Shown here one piece after another: positions 63,296-64,000 of a DNA stretch of 64,000 bases. The position numbers were made by a program, and so were the translations under genes. Position 1 is the first letter of the stretch. Each line of letters begins with the position of its first letter. A model generated the notes under the pieces. The model did no database searches. It saw only the letters and a list, made by a program, of their open reading frames with translations, and had not been told where the DNA came from. The stretch is from positions 310,001-374,000 of the forward strand of contig JAQGDQ010000078.1 in assembly GCA_030141605.1 (NCBI GenBank), given 5' to 3'. This DNA is from Tubiluchus corallicola. Lineage: Eukaryota; Animalia; Priapulida.

Positions 63296-64000
63296 AAACG
63301 AATATATTTACTAATACTAATTACTATACTTATAATAGTAATAGAAATTTAAAATCTCAATATAATTTAAATAATCAATTAAATATAAATTAGTATACAT
63401 TCCATAAAGTAAAACATCACTGACTCCTTTCCTGTGACTTTATTACAGGTCCCTGAATAATAAAATCGAATCAAATCAAATATTTTAATTTTTATTGTTA
63501 TCCCTGGCATAAAAAACAAGCAAGTTAATATACAAGTCAAATCCATCTACATGCGAAGAGCCCTTTCATTACTCATAGAATGTAATAGTAAATAACACGC
63601 GAAGCTACAATAATCTTAAATAACTAAAATAGATACTCTACCAAACCTACAGCTAGGCTGTTACTGTACAGCAGAGGCTAACTTATTTTTAGAATTTTTG
63701 TCATAATCACGCATGCACTTATTCCGTGATGTCAAATATTGCTCTGAAAACTTCAAATAGATATATTACAAATAATTTCATTAAAAAAATATTCGCTGAG
63801 TAAGTGCACACATATGTCAACTAAGATTAAACTCAAAGGCAGTAAATAAACACTTTGCAAAAGTTTCAATATCGCGCCATTATTGCTACACTTTCTAGCA
63901 ATTCAAAATCAGCTTTTAATTCAGTCTCCCAAAATAAAGGTATTTTCAAGTTTATTCCTGGGTACCATGACTACTATCATATCTTGTCGCAAACTATCTG

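Overview
AT-rich eukaryotic (invertebrate-animal-like) genomic DNA. The ORF track is mostly exon fragments and noise, so I rebuilt genes by hand from GT-AG splice sites, checking phase at every junction. There are five intron-containing genes: PRMT9 (minus, 7 coding exons visible, runs off the left edge), NDUFC2 (plus, 3 coding exons, 102 aa, absent from the ORF track), FAM114A (minus, 12 coding exons, 569 aa), ZMAT2/Snu23 (plus, 6 coding exons, 199 aa), and an unassigned ~1256-aa protein (minus, 8 coding exons). The last has an N-terminal HMG box, a 2.8-kb acidic exon carrying a 33-bp coding minisatellite with a 165-bp higher-order period, and short chromatin/cell-cycle-like motifs. Introns and intergenic DNA hold many decayed LINEs and non-autonomous DNA transposons that can be delimited by TIRs and TSDs: Mutator-like (9-bp TSD), hAT (8-bp), PIF/Harbinger (TTA), Kolobok (TTAA) and Ginger-like (TGT...ACA, 4-bp). 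Several are nested. I found no CRISPR array, rRNA or intact tRNA, and no demonstrable new multi-gene system. The best novelty candidates are the orphan HMG-box repeat protein and the transposon insertions in both head-to-head promoter intervals.
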